Position numbers and translations under genes: made by a program. Positions 26,042 to 36,763 of a stretch of DNA of 64,000 nt are shown one piece after another. Within the stretch, counting starts at the first letter, position 1, and each line of letters opens with the position of its first letter. The DNA lies in IMG/VR virus record IMGVR_UViG_3300017991_000002, positions 124,001 through 188,000 of that record; one strand, given 5' to 3'. The notes beneath the pieces are model-generated. The model saw only the letters and a list, made by a program, of their open reading frames with translations, was not told where the DNA came from and did not search any database.

Positions 26042-29000
26042 CTAAGGTACTGGCTCCTCTGGTGCATCAGGACTATCCGGTGTATCCGGTGCCGTTGGAA
26101 CTGGCGGGGATGTCCCACTGGTCTGACTGTATGAAGGGGCCAGGTCAGTTATCGCCAACGCCGATCTCGTCTGTGCTATTGTAGCCAGCAAAGAAATACT
26201 CAAGAAAATGTTTGCGGTCAAGCTTCCTATCATACTGGAAATAGAGATATCAAAGTTTGTCTCCAAGGCAAAGTCCTGTAAGGTGTTAAGTGTCATGGTG
26301 CTGCCCGAGAAAATATCCATCGCTCCGCCAGTATGAAGTTCCATGTCATCACTTGATATTAAGGAAGCATCTTTACCGACGTCGAGTTCGTACTTTCCGG
26401 AAATCCTTTGATAGCTGTCCTCTTCAACATTGACCTTTTTGCTCTTCGTTATTCTCTCCTCAAGATTCTCGTCGAACCACCGTTTCACATTTTTGTCAAA
26501 TACTTCATACAGCTTATCGGTCCCCACACGAGCAACCATCCCCGGTACACAAGCAGGCAGGGTTTTATGACCAACCGTGATAGCGCCTGAACTCATACTG
26601 ATAAGCTCAAGGGCCCCGCTGCCGGAGACAGATCCACACGTTCCACCTTTACCGGTGAACGCAGCGCTTGAAAGGGTAACTGACCCAGCAGTTCCTCCTT
26701 GCTGTATAAGACCACTACTTGTCAGACTGACCGTAGCCACGGTTCCTCCCAAGAGAGCAAACCCTCCATTGGTGATATCGACTGCAGCGGCTGTTCCCCC
26801 TTGGTTAATATATCCACCATTGGTTACGGACACTGTCCCGAGAATACCACCATACTGAGAAACACTTCCAGTTGTCATAATGACAGCACCGGCTGTTGCT
26901 GCATGGTGCTCGTATGTACTTGTTGACCCGGTCACGGCACCGGCCGTTCCTGACCGCTGAAATAAAGAACTATTTGTAAGCGTTACGGATCCGGTCTCGC
27001 CACCCTTCATCTCTCCAGAAGAGTCGTTTAGCGTTATGTCAGCAGATATAGTCGATAATTGTTTGTATGCTGATCCTGACTTCCCGTCAATACTGGCCAC
27101 TTGAGAGGCTCCATAAGTAACTTGTGAGGAGGTGAAGTCAGTGATCTCCCCCACGGTCGTATTTTCGCCTATCAAAGTGCAACTACTCAGCTTTATCTGC
27201 CCTGATATATTTGAGCCTTTCAACTTTGTGGTACAATTAGTGTGATCAATGCTCCCTGACAGTGTATAATCGGAGAAGTGATTCTCTGAGTCCTGATCTT
27301 CAAAACTACCGCCGACCTCTGCCTTCTCCACCTTACCAGTGCATCGTAGGCATTCATGTTTTCCGATTACTTCCACTTCCTTCCACCTATAAATGGTATC
27401 CGTAAAGTCTATCCTATCCATTATTTTAACCCGAAGCCACTCATGTTTGCAATCATTTAATGACTCAAATTTTCCATCAATAGTAACATTCTCCAGGTAA
27501 GTCTCACAATCCTCCGCTGTTTTCGCATCTTTTATCTTAAAATGAACGTCTTTGGCGAATAGCCTGGATGAGTTATTCATGAATAAAGATAGCGGGTTGG
27601 CCCCTGCGATGTCAGATCTGAACACTCTGATGTCCGATTGATTAACCTCATAAAGACCGTAGCTGGCTCCATATCCATCAGGGACAGTCTCCACGGTTCC
27701 CACACAGGTCTCGAGGTAAAGACATTTGTCCCCATCTCCATGAAGAACATCGACAAAATAAACATCGACATTGCAGTGATCGGCATGTATACCGTCTCTT
27801 CCTTCCCCTCTAATCTCTTGGGTTCTCTGGACATTAATCAGCTTGCCGTCCTCCATGTAGATACCATCCCTACCTTCTCCAAGAATTTTCTCTCCTCGTT
27901 TTGATGTGGCTTCGCATGAATCCTCCCCATGGATTCCGTCCCGTCCCATCCCTCTAATAAGAGTGTCATTAATAGATATACTTCTGCATGAATTCTCCAT
28001 TGAGATACCATCCCTGGCCTCTCCTACAATCTCCTCACAATACCGTGATTGGCACCTGCAGTCATTTTTCATATAGATACCGTCTTTTCCGACTCCTCTT
28101 ACCTTGGCTATTTGATAAAGAACTGCTTGGCAACTGTCCTCCATATGAATTCCGTCAGTTGCAAGACCGACAACCTCTTCTGTATAATTTTTAATTACTA
28201 TCTGGCAGTTGTCCTTCGCTTCAACACCGTTGTCTCCTTTCCCCATAATATATTCGCCATTAACAGCAATGAGACGACTGTGGTCTTCAAGATAAACACC
28301 ATCCTCACCATCCCCGATACATGCAACAACACCGTCCAATTTGGCGTTAGAGTACACAGTAGCTAGGATGCCATAATCGACCAACCCTTCCATCTTGTCC
28401 GTAATGTTAACCCCTATGAAGTCGCAATATTGAGACATATCAACGGCATCACCAACAGGTGCATAAATAAGAGGAACATCATACACCTCAACCCTGGAAT
28501 GATCCCTTATCCAGATAGCATCGACAGCATCCGATTGAATTTTATCGGTCAGCCCGAATATCCTTACTTTACTGTGATCGTCACAATAAATGGCCTCTTT
28601 TGTTGCACAGGTGACATGAAGATAATTGGTGACTGATACGGATGACTCCCTCGACGATCGAATACAGGGCTCATCGCCCCCCTCCAATCGAACAGCACTG
28701 TTCCCTATAGCCTCAACAACAGAATTCTCATCGGCCCATATTCCATAGTCGCTCCAATTTCCGGGAGACCCAACAATATGTGAATCTTTCACCCGAACAT
28801 AACTCCCATTAGAAGCCTTGACTACCCACTGCCCGGAAAATAATCCCTTATCAGCCGGACAATATCCATCACCTTGAGTAATTATTCCCACCGAATTATC
28901 AGCAACAGTAACTGCCGGGCAGTCAAAGTATCCTTCGATGTGACTGTCGGTTATCTGGAGATATGAATGATCTTCCACTTTTACCGCGTAACCTGTCTGT

Positions 29001-29995
29001 TGCTCAAAATGTGCTCCTGAAATAATAAGGTTCGTTTGCTTTCCGTGAATACCGGCCTTTGGAACAGTAGCAGTCGGACGGAGCATCTTTACCGATGAGC
29101 ATGCCGAATTCATAACCTTGTTGGGATCAATGTGAACAGTATCAATCAGTTCTATATTTGACTGTTCATAGACATTAATCGGTTCTTGAAATTCAGTGTC
29201 TTTGATGGTTCCGTCACTTCCCCATATTTCCGATTTTATAATAAAATCTGGACCTTCTATCCAGAAATCGCACCCGGTCCCTATATAGAGCTGGTCAATA
29301 CTTCCCCCTTTTATAAAGAAAGAATTATCTCCCCCAAATTCAATCGACCCAAGGATGCAGTCGTAAAATTGGACATTTACTCCCGGAGGAACATAAGCAT
29401 CCCCGGACATGCCTTCCATTTTAATAACGGACATAGGCAGGGTCTCATTAGTAAGTCTGCCATCAATGAAATCCTGAATAGGTCCGGATGGTCTTGTTGT
29501 AGGGTCAGCCCCTCCCCCACCGCCGCTGGGGCTATCACCAAACCCAAGCCATAAGCCATCAATAATAGGTCGACTATCAGGAGAAGAGGGGGCAAATTGA
29601 AAACATATCTTCTGCAAAGACTGGGTCAATGTAATCTGCTGCTTATAAGCTTTACAGAGTTTACTTAGGGGATCTTCGTCAATAATAACCTGTCCATTGT
29701 CATCATTGACCCTGACAGTTAGCAGCACCTCCTCATTACTGTGCTTCCGGGATTGAAAACCGATCGTGAAAGTCGTCCCGGCCGGAATAGATGCCTTTCC
29801 TTCCAGCTCTACAGTATAGCTACACATAACACTGCTGTTCGTGGTCATTTCAATTGACCATCTCCCTTCACACCCAGCAGGTATAGAATTTACTGCTCCC
29901 GGGCCGGTGAGTATACTCCACCCTCGAATGGAATTGGACTCACTGCCATACTGTGTATGTGTTGCTGCATTGAAGTTTGGAATTACACTTGTCAT
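26042..29995 (-). CDS. Spike-associated parallel beta-helix protein (CBM-like N-terminus, gp5-like C-terminal repeats)
   Basis: 1317 aa with approximately 24-aa G.G.DGI.M...C repeats; C-terminal VNVEEDSYQRISGKYELDVGKDASL repeats. Confidence 0.7.
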   Translation of the reverse strand: MTSVIPNFNAATHTQYGSESNSIRGWSILTGPGAVNSIPAGCEGRWSIEMTTNSSVMCSYTVELEGKASIPAGTTFTIGFQSRKHSNEEVLLTVRVNDDNGQVIIDEDPLSKLCKAYKQQITLTQSLQKICFQFAPSSPDSRPIIDGLWLGFGDSPSGGGGGADPTTRPSGPIQDFIDGRLTNETLPMSVIKMEGMSGDAYVPPGVNVQFYDCILGSIEFGGDNSFFIKGGSIDQLYIGTGCDFWIEGPDFIIKSEIWGSDGTIKDTEFQEPINVYEQSNIELIDTVHIDPNKVMNSACSSVKMLRPTATVPKAGIHGKQTNLIISGAHFEQQTGYAVKVEDHSYLQITDSHIEGYFDCPAVTVADNSVGIITQGDGYCPADKGLFSGQWVVKASNGSYVRVKDSHIVGSPGNWSDYGIWADENSVVEAIGNSAVRLEGGDEPCIRSSRESSVSVTNYLHVTCATKEAIYCDDHSKVRIFGLTDKIQSDAVDAIWIRDHSRVEVYDVPLIYAPVGDAVDMSQYCDFIGVNITDKMEGLVDYGILATVYSNAKLDGVVACIGDGEDGVYLEDHSRLIAVNGEYIMGKGDNGVEAKDNCQIVIKNYTEEVVGLATDGIHMEDSCQAVLYQIAKVRGVGKDGIYMKNDCRCQSRYCEEIVGEARDGISMENSCRSISINDTLIRGMGRDGIHGEDSCEATSKRGEKILGEGRDGIYMEDGKLINVQRTQEIRGEGRDGIHADHCNVDVYFVDVLHGDGDKCLYLETCVGTVETVPDGYGASYGLYEVNQSDIRVFRSDIAGANPLSLFMNNSSRLFAKDVHFKIKDAKTAEDCETYLENVTIDGKFESLNDCKHEWLRVKIMDRIDFTDTIYRWKEVEVIGKHECLRCTGKVEKAEVGGSFEDQDSENHFSDYTLSGSIDHTNCTTKLKGSNISGQIKLSSCTLIGENTTVGEITDFTSSQVTYGASQVASIDGKSGSAYKQLSTISADITLNDSSGEMKGGETGSVTLTNSSLFQRSGTAGAVTGSTSTYEHHAATAGAVIMTTGSVSQYGGILGTVSVTNGGYINQGGTAAAVDITNGGFALLGGTVATVSLTSSGLIQQGGTAGSVTLSSAAFTGKGGTCGSVSGSGALELISMSSGAITVGHKTLPACVPGMVARVGTDKLYEVFDKNVKRWFDENLEERITKSKKVNVEEDSYQRISGKYELDVGKDASLISSDDMELHTGGAMDIFSGSTMTLNTLQDFALETNFDISISSMIGSLTANIFLSISLLATIAQTRSALAITDLAPSYSQTSGTSPPVPTAPDTPDSPDAPEEPVP

Positions 29996-31209
29996 CTGTA
30001 GTTTTCCGATCCTTCTTCGATAAGTTCACCCTCTACTATATTCCCTGTAACGAGCAAATTTCCGTCTATCATAACATCACCATTGAATTGCATATCTCCC
30101 TCCATTACGATGGTGTTTGCTCCGACTGTAAACCTGTTCCCGTTAACAACAATAGTAGACCCCTCCCCGGTGGCCTCAATCTCGATAATTGGTCTGTTTG
30201 TATCATATCTTGCTTTTATTTTTACTTCGCCTTCTCGTAATCCTTCATAGGCAGTTATTCCGTGACCGGCATTGAGTTCAAAAGTCTGTCTTTCATCCCC
30301 AACATCAAAAACTCTTATCTCTTTCTTTGCACATTCATCATGCTCGAACGAGGGCTGCTTTGACTGCAATCTTACCCTCTCTTCCCCTCGTTTTCCTTTT
30401 ATCCTCAAACCCTGGGAAGTAGCATCCTGGATCCGAACCGTTGTATCAGCATCCTGCATTGTATCATTATAAGTAGCCTGATTACCAGAAAAAGTCGTCC
30501 TCCGTCCTCGCTGCTCGGCATTTCCTTCGCTCTTTTCTCCTAGGACTCTTCCCTTGATAATCATTCCCTGTCCGGCGCGGTCAACAACGGAGAGGCTTTC
30601 CGTCTCTTTCCCCTCATCAATAATCATGGACGCGCCTTTCGGTGTTTTGAAGATAACTCTCCGGCCTGGTTCAGATTCCCTCATCATCTGAGACTCTTTT
30701 GGTGTCTCCGGCCGGTTCTTGCCCCACCACTCTCCCATGGCACTATTACCGTCTAAGGGAACTCCCCTCTCGTTTTCCGCATTTGGCGAGACACCATACT
30801 GCGTTGTATCCTGCCTCGAGTCGTTGTCTGAGGCTTCCTCAGTGGATGGAACCCCTTGATATGTCCCAAGAACAATGGGATGGTCCCGTTGCCCCATATG
30901 GAATATTAGGACGACATCGGTTCCTATAATTGGAGGGTTAAATGAACCACAATCCCATCCGGAAGCCCCACCATATACAACAAATGCCCATGGCAAGGTC
31001 TCGGTCGGTATTCCTTCCTCTTTAGATTCCCCGTGTATTACTGGTATTCTTACTTGGACTCTCCCTATCTGAAGAGGGTCGCAGTCGTTTTCTACCTTCC
31101 CTAAATAATATCCATACAGGATATCTCTCATTGAATAATCACGACGAAATCTTTTTTCGCTTAAGTCTTGCATACTAACCCCAATTCGCTTGATCCCCTG
31201 TGGCTTCAT
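29992..31209 (-). CDS. Central spike gp5/gpV N-terminal OB-fold protein
   Basis: GKVENDCDPLQIGRVQVRIP...LPWA...PIIGTDVVLIF..GQRDHPIVLG. Confidence 0.88.
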   Translation of the reverse strand: MKPQGIKRIGVSMQDLSEKRFRRDYSMRDILYGYYLGKVENDCDPLQIGRVQVRIPVIHGESKEEGIPTETLPWAFVVYGGASGWDCGSFNPPIIGTDVVLIFHMGQRDHPIVLGTYQGVPSTEEASDNDSRQDTTQYGVSPNAENERGVPLDGNSAMGEWWGKNRPETPKESQMMRESEPGRRVIFKTPKGASMIIDEGKETESLSVVDRAGQGMIIKGRVLGEKSEGNAEQRGRRTTFSGNQATYNDTMQDADTTVRIQDATSQGLRIKGKRGEERVRLQSKQPSFEHDECAKKEIRVFDVGDERQTFELNAGHGITAYEGLREGEVKIKARYDTNRPIIEIEATGEGSTIVVNGNRFTVGANTIVMEGDMQFNGDVMIDGNLLVTGNIVEGELIEEGSENYR

Positions 31210-32530
31210 AGCCCTTTGCTGACGTTCCCCTTAGTAGCTTCAGAGTCGTTATCCATGCTCCTGGAGATATTTTGTGAACAACTTCTGATACCAGATAACC
31301 TCCAGAAGTGTAATGCATACGACCGTCAGGAAGAATAAGGAACACTCTAACCATTTGCATGGGCTTTATCCTCGGATCCCCTACAATCTCTAGGGTAGCC
31401 TGATAGTTCCTTATCCACTCACTATAAAACCATCCTTGGGCCAAATTCTCGGCCTCTTTAAAGTTCCTTGATGGTCGATGTAATACTTTTGCTGATTGCC
31501 CTGGTTTCGTATTAATGTGGTCATGAGACTTCGGGTTGTAAAGGGTCTTCTCTGGCGTATTATCGTCATCGACAGAGATTCTTTTCACTCTCTTTGTTGA
31601 CATTTCATGAGCGACAATAGCAACTTCATTACTTCCTTTCATGGAAGCATACGGTTCCGCAATAATGTCGGGCGAAAAAGAAATGACTTCTGTATTTTTA
31701 TCATCCCTGATATATCTGAACGTTCTTATTCCTTCCGACCCCTCCTGCCGGTGGGCCTCCCCAGGACCTACATTCTCTACCTGGTAGTGAACCCTCGTCT
31801 TCCCTTTTCCAATAGGCTCCATATAAAGAACATATCCGGATTTTCCAGATACAGCAGAAGTTGACCTTGGGATTAATTTTTCTTTTATGAATTGAAGGTG
31901 ATCCATCTCTTCATTGTTGAAGTAGACCTGGTCCTCCCTGCTTAAGGCAAAGCTTGAGGTATCAAGAATCTCTTTTGTCGGCTCAACGTACCCCGTTTCC
32001 CAGTCATCTCGTATGCTAATAATCCAATGTATTATTTCATGTATCTTTTTTCCCTTTAAATAATCCAATGTTTCATATGACTCTGTCTTCTTCCTTGAAC
32101 GAGCGTTCATCCAGTTTTCAAAACCCTCAATGGTCAAGCTAACCCCATGTGCTGTAAATGTAGGCGAACATCTTTGAATAATACCGCTGTACCGTATAGA
32201 TCGAAGACCTTTCCTTGATCCAGGATCAGCTCCTCCGCCGCCAAGGTAATAATACTGAAACTCTATCATTTTATCCTCATCACCTTCGCTTGTCCTGCCC
32301 ACGGCATCGAAAACTTTCTCTTCAATTTCTAGCCAGTCACGATCGAATAAATCTATTCTCCATTCGGACGCACCGCCACCTGCTGCTCCTGCAGTCCGTA
32401 TAGTGTGCTCAAAAGACAGTAATCTGGCAGGCTTTCCTTGAACCTTTGTCAATGAGTCGCCACCCTGAATCCAAAAATCTACCCACGCCACGTATGGCTG
32501 GGATACATATCCATCTTCACCTAAACTCAT
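31175..32530 (-). CDS. Baseplate hub protein (gp27/gpD-like)
   Basis: C-terminal ATLEIVGDPRIKP...SGGYLVSEVVHKISPGAWITTLKL; lies between the gp53-like gene and gp5. Confidence 0.75.
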   Translation of the reverse strand: MSLGEDGYVSQPYVAWVDFWIQGGDSLTKVQGKPARLLSFEHTIRTAGAAGGGASEWRIDLFDRDWLEIEEKVFDAVGRTSEGDEDKMIEFQYYYLGGGGADPGSRKGLRSIRYSGIIQRCSPTFTAHGVSLTIEGFENWMNARSRKKTESYETLDYLKGKKIHEIIHWIISIRDDWETGYVEPTKEILDTSSFALSREDQVYFNNEEMDHLQFIKEKLIPRSTSAVSGKSGYVLYMEPIGKGKTRVHYQVENVGPGEAHRQEGSEGIRTFRYIRDDKNTEVISFSPDIIAEPYASMKGSNEVAIVAHEMSTKRVKRISVDDDNTPEKTLYNPKSHDHINTKPGQSAKVLHRPSRNFKEAENLAQGWFYSEWIRNYQATLEIVGDPRIKPMQMVRVFLILPDGRMHYTSGGYLVSEVVHKISPGAWITTLKLLRGTSAKGYEATGDQANWG

Positions 32531-32886
32531 ACGTCAATAGCATTCCCGTAAATGCTCGCCTTCGCCGGTATTTTAATAACACGGCCTAACGGCATCTCAA
32601 AAGGATCCGATATATCGTTGGACTCCAAAAATATCCACCACAACTTCACTGTTCGATAAAATCGGAAAGAAAGACTTTCCAATCTCCCATATAAGTTTTC
32701 CATATTAAGGGCCCTGACCTGATCCTCGGGTGAGGTTGGGAGGGAGACAGGATCCCGTGAACCATAGAAAACTTCTCCGTCTGTCTCTTGGAGAATATCC
32801 TGCCGCTTATTGTAAGATAGCTGATCCCTCGAAAGCTCTATATCCAAGGGCTCCAGTTCTTTATACTCATCAAAGTTTACTGTCAT
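32527..32886 (-). CDS. gp53-like / LysM-type baseplate protein
   Basis: RLESLSFRFY..VKLWWIFLESNDISDPF....GRVIKIP. Confidence 0.8.
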   Translation of the reverse strand: MTVNFDEYKELEPLDIELSRDQLSYNKRQDILQETDGEVFYGSRDPVSLPTSPEDQVRALNMENLYGRLESLSFRFYRTVKLWWIFLESNDISDPFEMPLGRVIKIPAKASIYGNAIDV

Positions 32887-32895
32887 CTTATTTTC

Positions 32896-33393
32896 CTAAA
32901 TACTCACCTGTTGATCGAGACCCTTCCACACATCCATATATGACCAGGGAGTCTCATTCGTCTCTGAAAACGTTACCGATATTTCAACATACATTGGTTT
33001 TTTCTCTTTCACATCCCAGGGATGCTTATGGGTAATCTCGCATTGCATGAGAACACCCTTTATTCTTACCTCACCTACTTGAACCAAGCATACCGGGGGC
33101 GGGCCGGTATCCCCTCCTTGATAATTTGCATACTCCAATGATCTTATCTTATTGGCCACTTCATACGGATCAAATGTGTCTGTTCTATAAAACTGGAGGG
33201 AAAATGAGAGCTGCCTCGCAGAAGAGCTGGCATACCCCATTAGCGGCATGGATCTGGACAATATTTCTGTTTCATTATAATTTGCTGCTTTGCTGTCGGA
33301 GATATCTTCCGGAAGAAATTGAAAACGAATTGTCTCCCCACCAAGTGGTTTAATAAAGCCCCAATTATAAGCTAATGGACAATGATCTGGCAT
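32896..33393 (-). CDS. Tail tube initiator (CIS tube-like) protein
   Basis: IRFQFLPEDISDSKAANY...ILSRSMP...PPPVCLV...GV...WD...PMYVEISVTFSE. Confidence 0.75.
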   Translation of the reverse strand: MPDHCPLAYNWGFIKPLGGETIRFQFLPEDISDSKAANYNETEILSRSMPLMGYASSSARQLSFSLQFYRTDTFDPYEVANKIRSLEYANYQGGDTGPPPVCLVQVGEVRIKGVLMQCEITHKHPWDVKEKKPMYVEISVTFSETNETPWSYMDVWKGLDQQVSI

Positions 33394-33404
33394 TCTTTAC
33401 TCCC

Positions 33405-36400
33405 TTACCCTTCGAAGGCTCCGATAATCTTTGTTAGGCTGCTCAAGGCATTCGGTGCTCCTGTAAGCGGGACTGCAAGCCTTAATAATGTCTCCTGAAG
33501 CTTACTGTTCGTCTCAGGATTTCCTCCATCTCCTCGATCCTTCAGAACTGCCAATATCTCCTTGAGAACAGCAATAATTTCATCCTGTCCCGACTCCAGA
33601 CCTTCAAGGCCGGGAAGGGGACCCTCACCTGGCTTACTCGGCAGTCGTGCGTTAGAGGGTTTCACATTTGATGCTCCGCCAGCCGCCACAACTTCAACAC
33701 GGTCACCGGAAAATAACCTGGTTATTGCCTTCAGCGGGGCAGTTATTAATTTCCATGGTCCCTTGAACAGGTCAACAATCATACCGACAAAAGATTTGAA
33801 TAACTCGTAAACAGTACTTATCCAACCTTTAAAGTCCCAAACGGTATTACCGAACAAGAACTTCCATGCCCATGTAAACATATCTATGAGATACCGTATA
33901 GGGGCAAGAAGATACTTCTTGAACATCTTAAAGGGCCATATAAGCGCATCCAAAAACGCACTCCCGAATCCTTTCATCCCTGCTAATATCTTTCCTCCCG
34001 CCCATCCCCATAGTTTCGGTAGTAGCTTTAAAATAGCCCATACGGCTCTCAAAGTAATCTTCACCAACAGTACGATCAGACCTCCTAAAAGTTTTACCTG
34101 GGCTATAAAAATGGCTCTGCCAAGCTTAGGTAATTGGAAAATCAATATCTTCCAATATGTTTTCATTACCTTCATCAACATCCATGCTATTGCTGGACCT
34201 TTTTGTTGAAGTATGGTGGGTATCCTCTTTATAAGATCAATAAGTTTGTCCCCAGCTTGTTCCATAAAGACAAATACTTTATCCGGTAATTTCGTCATAT
34301 AGTCAATAGCATCGTCAAGGCGGGAGGAGAAGTTCTCCATCCACAATAGAACCTTCTGCAATATCTGTGGACCATATTTGAATGCCACCCACACAGCAGC
34401 AATAGCAGCGGCAACAGCTAAGACTGGCCACAGAAAAGACCACACTGCAACAACAGCTGCCCAGATTGCTGAGGTAAATCCCATAGCCCCGATAGTGGCT
34501 ATAGACTCCCCGGTAGCATACATGACAAGATACTTCCATCCGTCAACGATCGCAATCTTATAAGCCTTCTGAGCGAACGTCTTGGCCCATGTAGATTTAA
34601 CAGAAAGCCAGTCCCAAGCAGCACTCATCTTTGTAGCAGCAATATTTCTCTTATCCGCCATAGTGGCTGCATTCGTGACCGCGGTTTCGACTTTCTGAAC
34701 TTTGATCAGTGACTTTAATCTACCGATGGAGGCTGCATATATTTTATTTCCGAAGGCTCTTACCCCATTGTATATTTTTTCCAGGATAGTTGATCTTTTT
34801 ATCACCTTACCAAAGAGGGTTTGGAGCCCTACCATTACCTTCGTGAGAGCTATCCTCTTCAACTGAAATATAATCAAACCTCCCCACAGTGTCATGAGAA
34901 GCATAAGAATTGATATAACTGCTCTGATGGGAGCCGGGAGCGCCAGAAATCCTTTAGCCAAGGCATTAAGAGCCCACAGGAAGGGCCAAACAGTGACTTT
35001 CAACAGGATGAGAATCGGTGCCCCTAGGGTCATTAAGACTGATTTAAAGACCTTTCCAACATTCATGAACATGTCAACAAATGTCTTATGCATCATTTTC
35101 CACGTTTCCATGAGTTCTTTGCTTCTCTTCGACTTTTCCATTGCCTCCTTTGTCATCTTCCCGATATCTTTGATGTTTTCATCAGACATTCTTCTGATCT
35201 TCAATATCATATCAACCGGCATGCCAAGAACATCGGCAAAGAATTGACGATATTCAGCCACCATCGGCGCAGGCATTTCTCTAATGGATTGTATTACCCC
35301 TTGAAATACGTCTTCTACTGTCCCTGGTCCCCCTACATGAAGAATTTGACGCTGTAACTCTGGACCAGTCTTTCCTAGGGAAGTTGCTACAATATTCAAC
35401 AATCTCATTCCTTGTTCGTCAGCAATATTGGTCATGGCTGAAAAGGACTTCATGATCGGGGCAGGATCTATCCAGAAGCTTTCCATGGCCCCCGACCATG
35501 CTGCCATCATGGGTATGGTGTCTTCCATAACATTCTGGGGCATAAGAAGGAGAGCCTCCTCAGCTTCGTTAACATGAGCGAGTAATCGATCCATGGAAGC
35601 AGCACTATTATCGGCCACATACTTCATCGCTCCTGCTACCTCAAAGATTTTATCTGTTTTTATTTTATACAAACCTTCCAGCTTGAATACGAATTCTGAC
35701 ATCTCACCGACTGCGACACCTGTTGCTTCCGATAATTTAATAGTAGTTGAAACGAATTTCTCCAATCCCCTTCGTGCCCTATAGCCCCAGTTAATTGCAT
35801 CTTGCATAACCTCGGAAACTTTATCAAAAGACGCATACGTCTGCCCGGCGATCAGGCCTAATGAATCCATGTATTTATACACCTCGGTTGTGCTCATATT
35901 CACATGACGCATCATCTCTGTTACCCTGTCCTCCACTTTTGCAGCTATGAGCACGCCGACGCCAATAGTGACTCTGGAAATCCACTCTTCCCAGTTGTTG
36001 GCCACATGCTCTATCCCCCTGGCCACAATATTTTTCAGCGTGTTACCGAGATGTGTCATTTTGTAGGATAAGGTAGACGTATCCTTTATTGCCTGCCCAG
36101 TAGCCCTTGCATAGACACCCCGAAGCAGACCAACATACTGAACCATAGGATCGAAGGGAAGAGACTTACCAACCAGCCGTGCTGCAGACGACATTTGGTG
36201 CATTGTTCCAGTCACTTTATTGAGGAGGGAGTCTTGATCAAGTAGCTGATGATTAAGACCCTCAGCTGCAGATGATGCAATACCAGAGGCAACAGCTGCC
36301 GCCTGGGGTGCCGCCTGCTGGGCAAGTCCCATAGCTACGCCCCCTAGCTGCGGGGCTGCTGCTCCCCATAAGCCTTTGTCGTCCTTGACGCCCAGGGTTC

Positions 36401-36704
36401 TCCTTTCGACTCTTATCTTCTTTATTCCCTTCTCAATATCATCTAGAGTATCCTTACTCTTTTTCCCAAAAATCCTCCAACCTTTGTTCATCTCCTTCAT
36501 ACGATCATTGCCCAGTTTTATCTTATCCCATACGCCTTTAAGAGAGTGATTGACTTTGGACATGGAGGGAGGAACCAGGGCCTTCGTTGCCTTGGCTACT
36601 TTCTGAAGACCGAGAAGTCCACCCTTTGCTTTATCAAGCGCACTTGTCTCCGTCTTAAAACTTAAATTAAAATTAAGAGCTTGGAAGGAGGGAGATTCAG
36701 GCAT
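33405..36704 (-). CDS. Tape measure protein
   Basis: 1099 aa, helical and Ala/Lys/Leu-rich with hydrophobic C-terminal segments; follows the tail chaperones. Confidence 0.85.
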   Translation of the reverse strand: MPESPSFQALNFNLSFKTETSALDKAKGGLLGLQKVAKATKALVPPSMSKVNHSLKGVWDKIKLGNDRMKEMNKGWRIFGKKSKDTLDDIEKGIKKIRVERRTLGVKDDKGLWGAAAPQLGGVAMGLAQQAAPQAAAVASGIASSAAEGLNHQLLDQDSLLNKVTGTMHQMSSAARLVGKSLPFDPMVQYVGLLRGVYARATGQAIKDTSTLSYKMTHLGNTLKNIVARGIEHVANNWEEWISRVTIGVGVLIAAKVEDRVTEMMRHVNMSTTEVYKYMDSLGLIAGQTYASFDKVSEVMQDAINWGYRARRGLEKFVSTTIKLSEATGVAVGEMSEFVFKLEGLYKIKTDKIFEVAGAMKYVADNSAASMDRLLAHVNEAEEALLLMPQNVMEDTIPMMAAWSGAMESFWIDPAPIMKSFSAMTNIADEQGMRLLNIVATSLGKTGPELQRQILHVGGPGTVEDVFQGVIQSIREMPAPMVAEYRQFFADVLGMPVDMILKIRRMSDENIKDIGKMTKEAMEKSKRSKELMETWKMMHKTFVDMFMNVGKVFKSVLMTLGAPILILLKVTVWPFLWALNALAKGFLALPAPIRAVISILMLLMTLWGGLIIFQLKRIALTKVMVGLQTLFGKVIKRSTILEKIYNGVRAFGNKIYAASIGRLKSLIKVQKVETAVTNAATMADKRNIAATKMSAAWDWLSVKSTWAKTFAQKAYKIAIVDGWKYLVMYATGESIATIGAMGFTSAIWAAVVAVWSFLWPVLAVAAAIAAVWVAFKYGPQILQKVLLWMENFSSRLDDAIDYMTKLPDKVFVFMEQAGDKLIDLIKRIPTILQQKGPAIAWMLMKVMKTYWKILIFQLPKLGRAIFIAQVKLLGGLIVLLVKITLRAVWAILKLLPKLWGWAGGKILAGMKGFGSAFLDALIWPFKMFKKYLLAPIRYLIDMFTWAWKFLFGNTVWDFKGWISTVYELFKSFVGMIVDLFKGPWKLITAPLKAITRLFSGDRVEVVAAGGASNVKPSNARLPSKPGEGPLPGLEGLESGQDEIIAVLKEILAVLKDRGDGGNPETNSKLQETLLRLAVPLTGAPNALSSLTKIIGAFEG

Positions 36705-36763
36705 TCACTTTCCTCCAAGAACGTTAAGGTCCAAAATAAAAAGAGATTACAGTAGCGTGTTCG

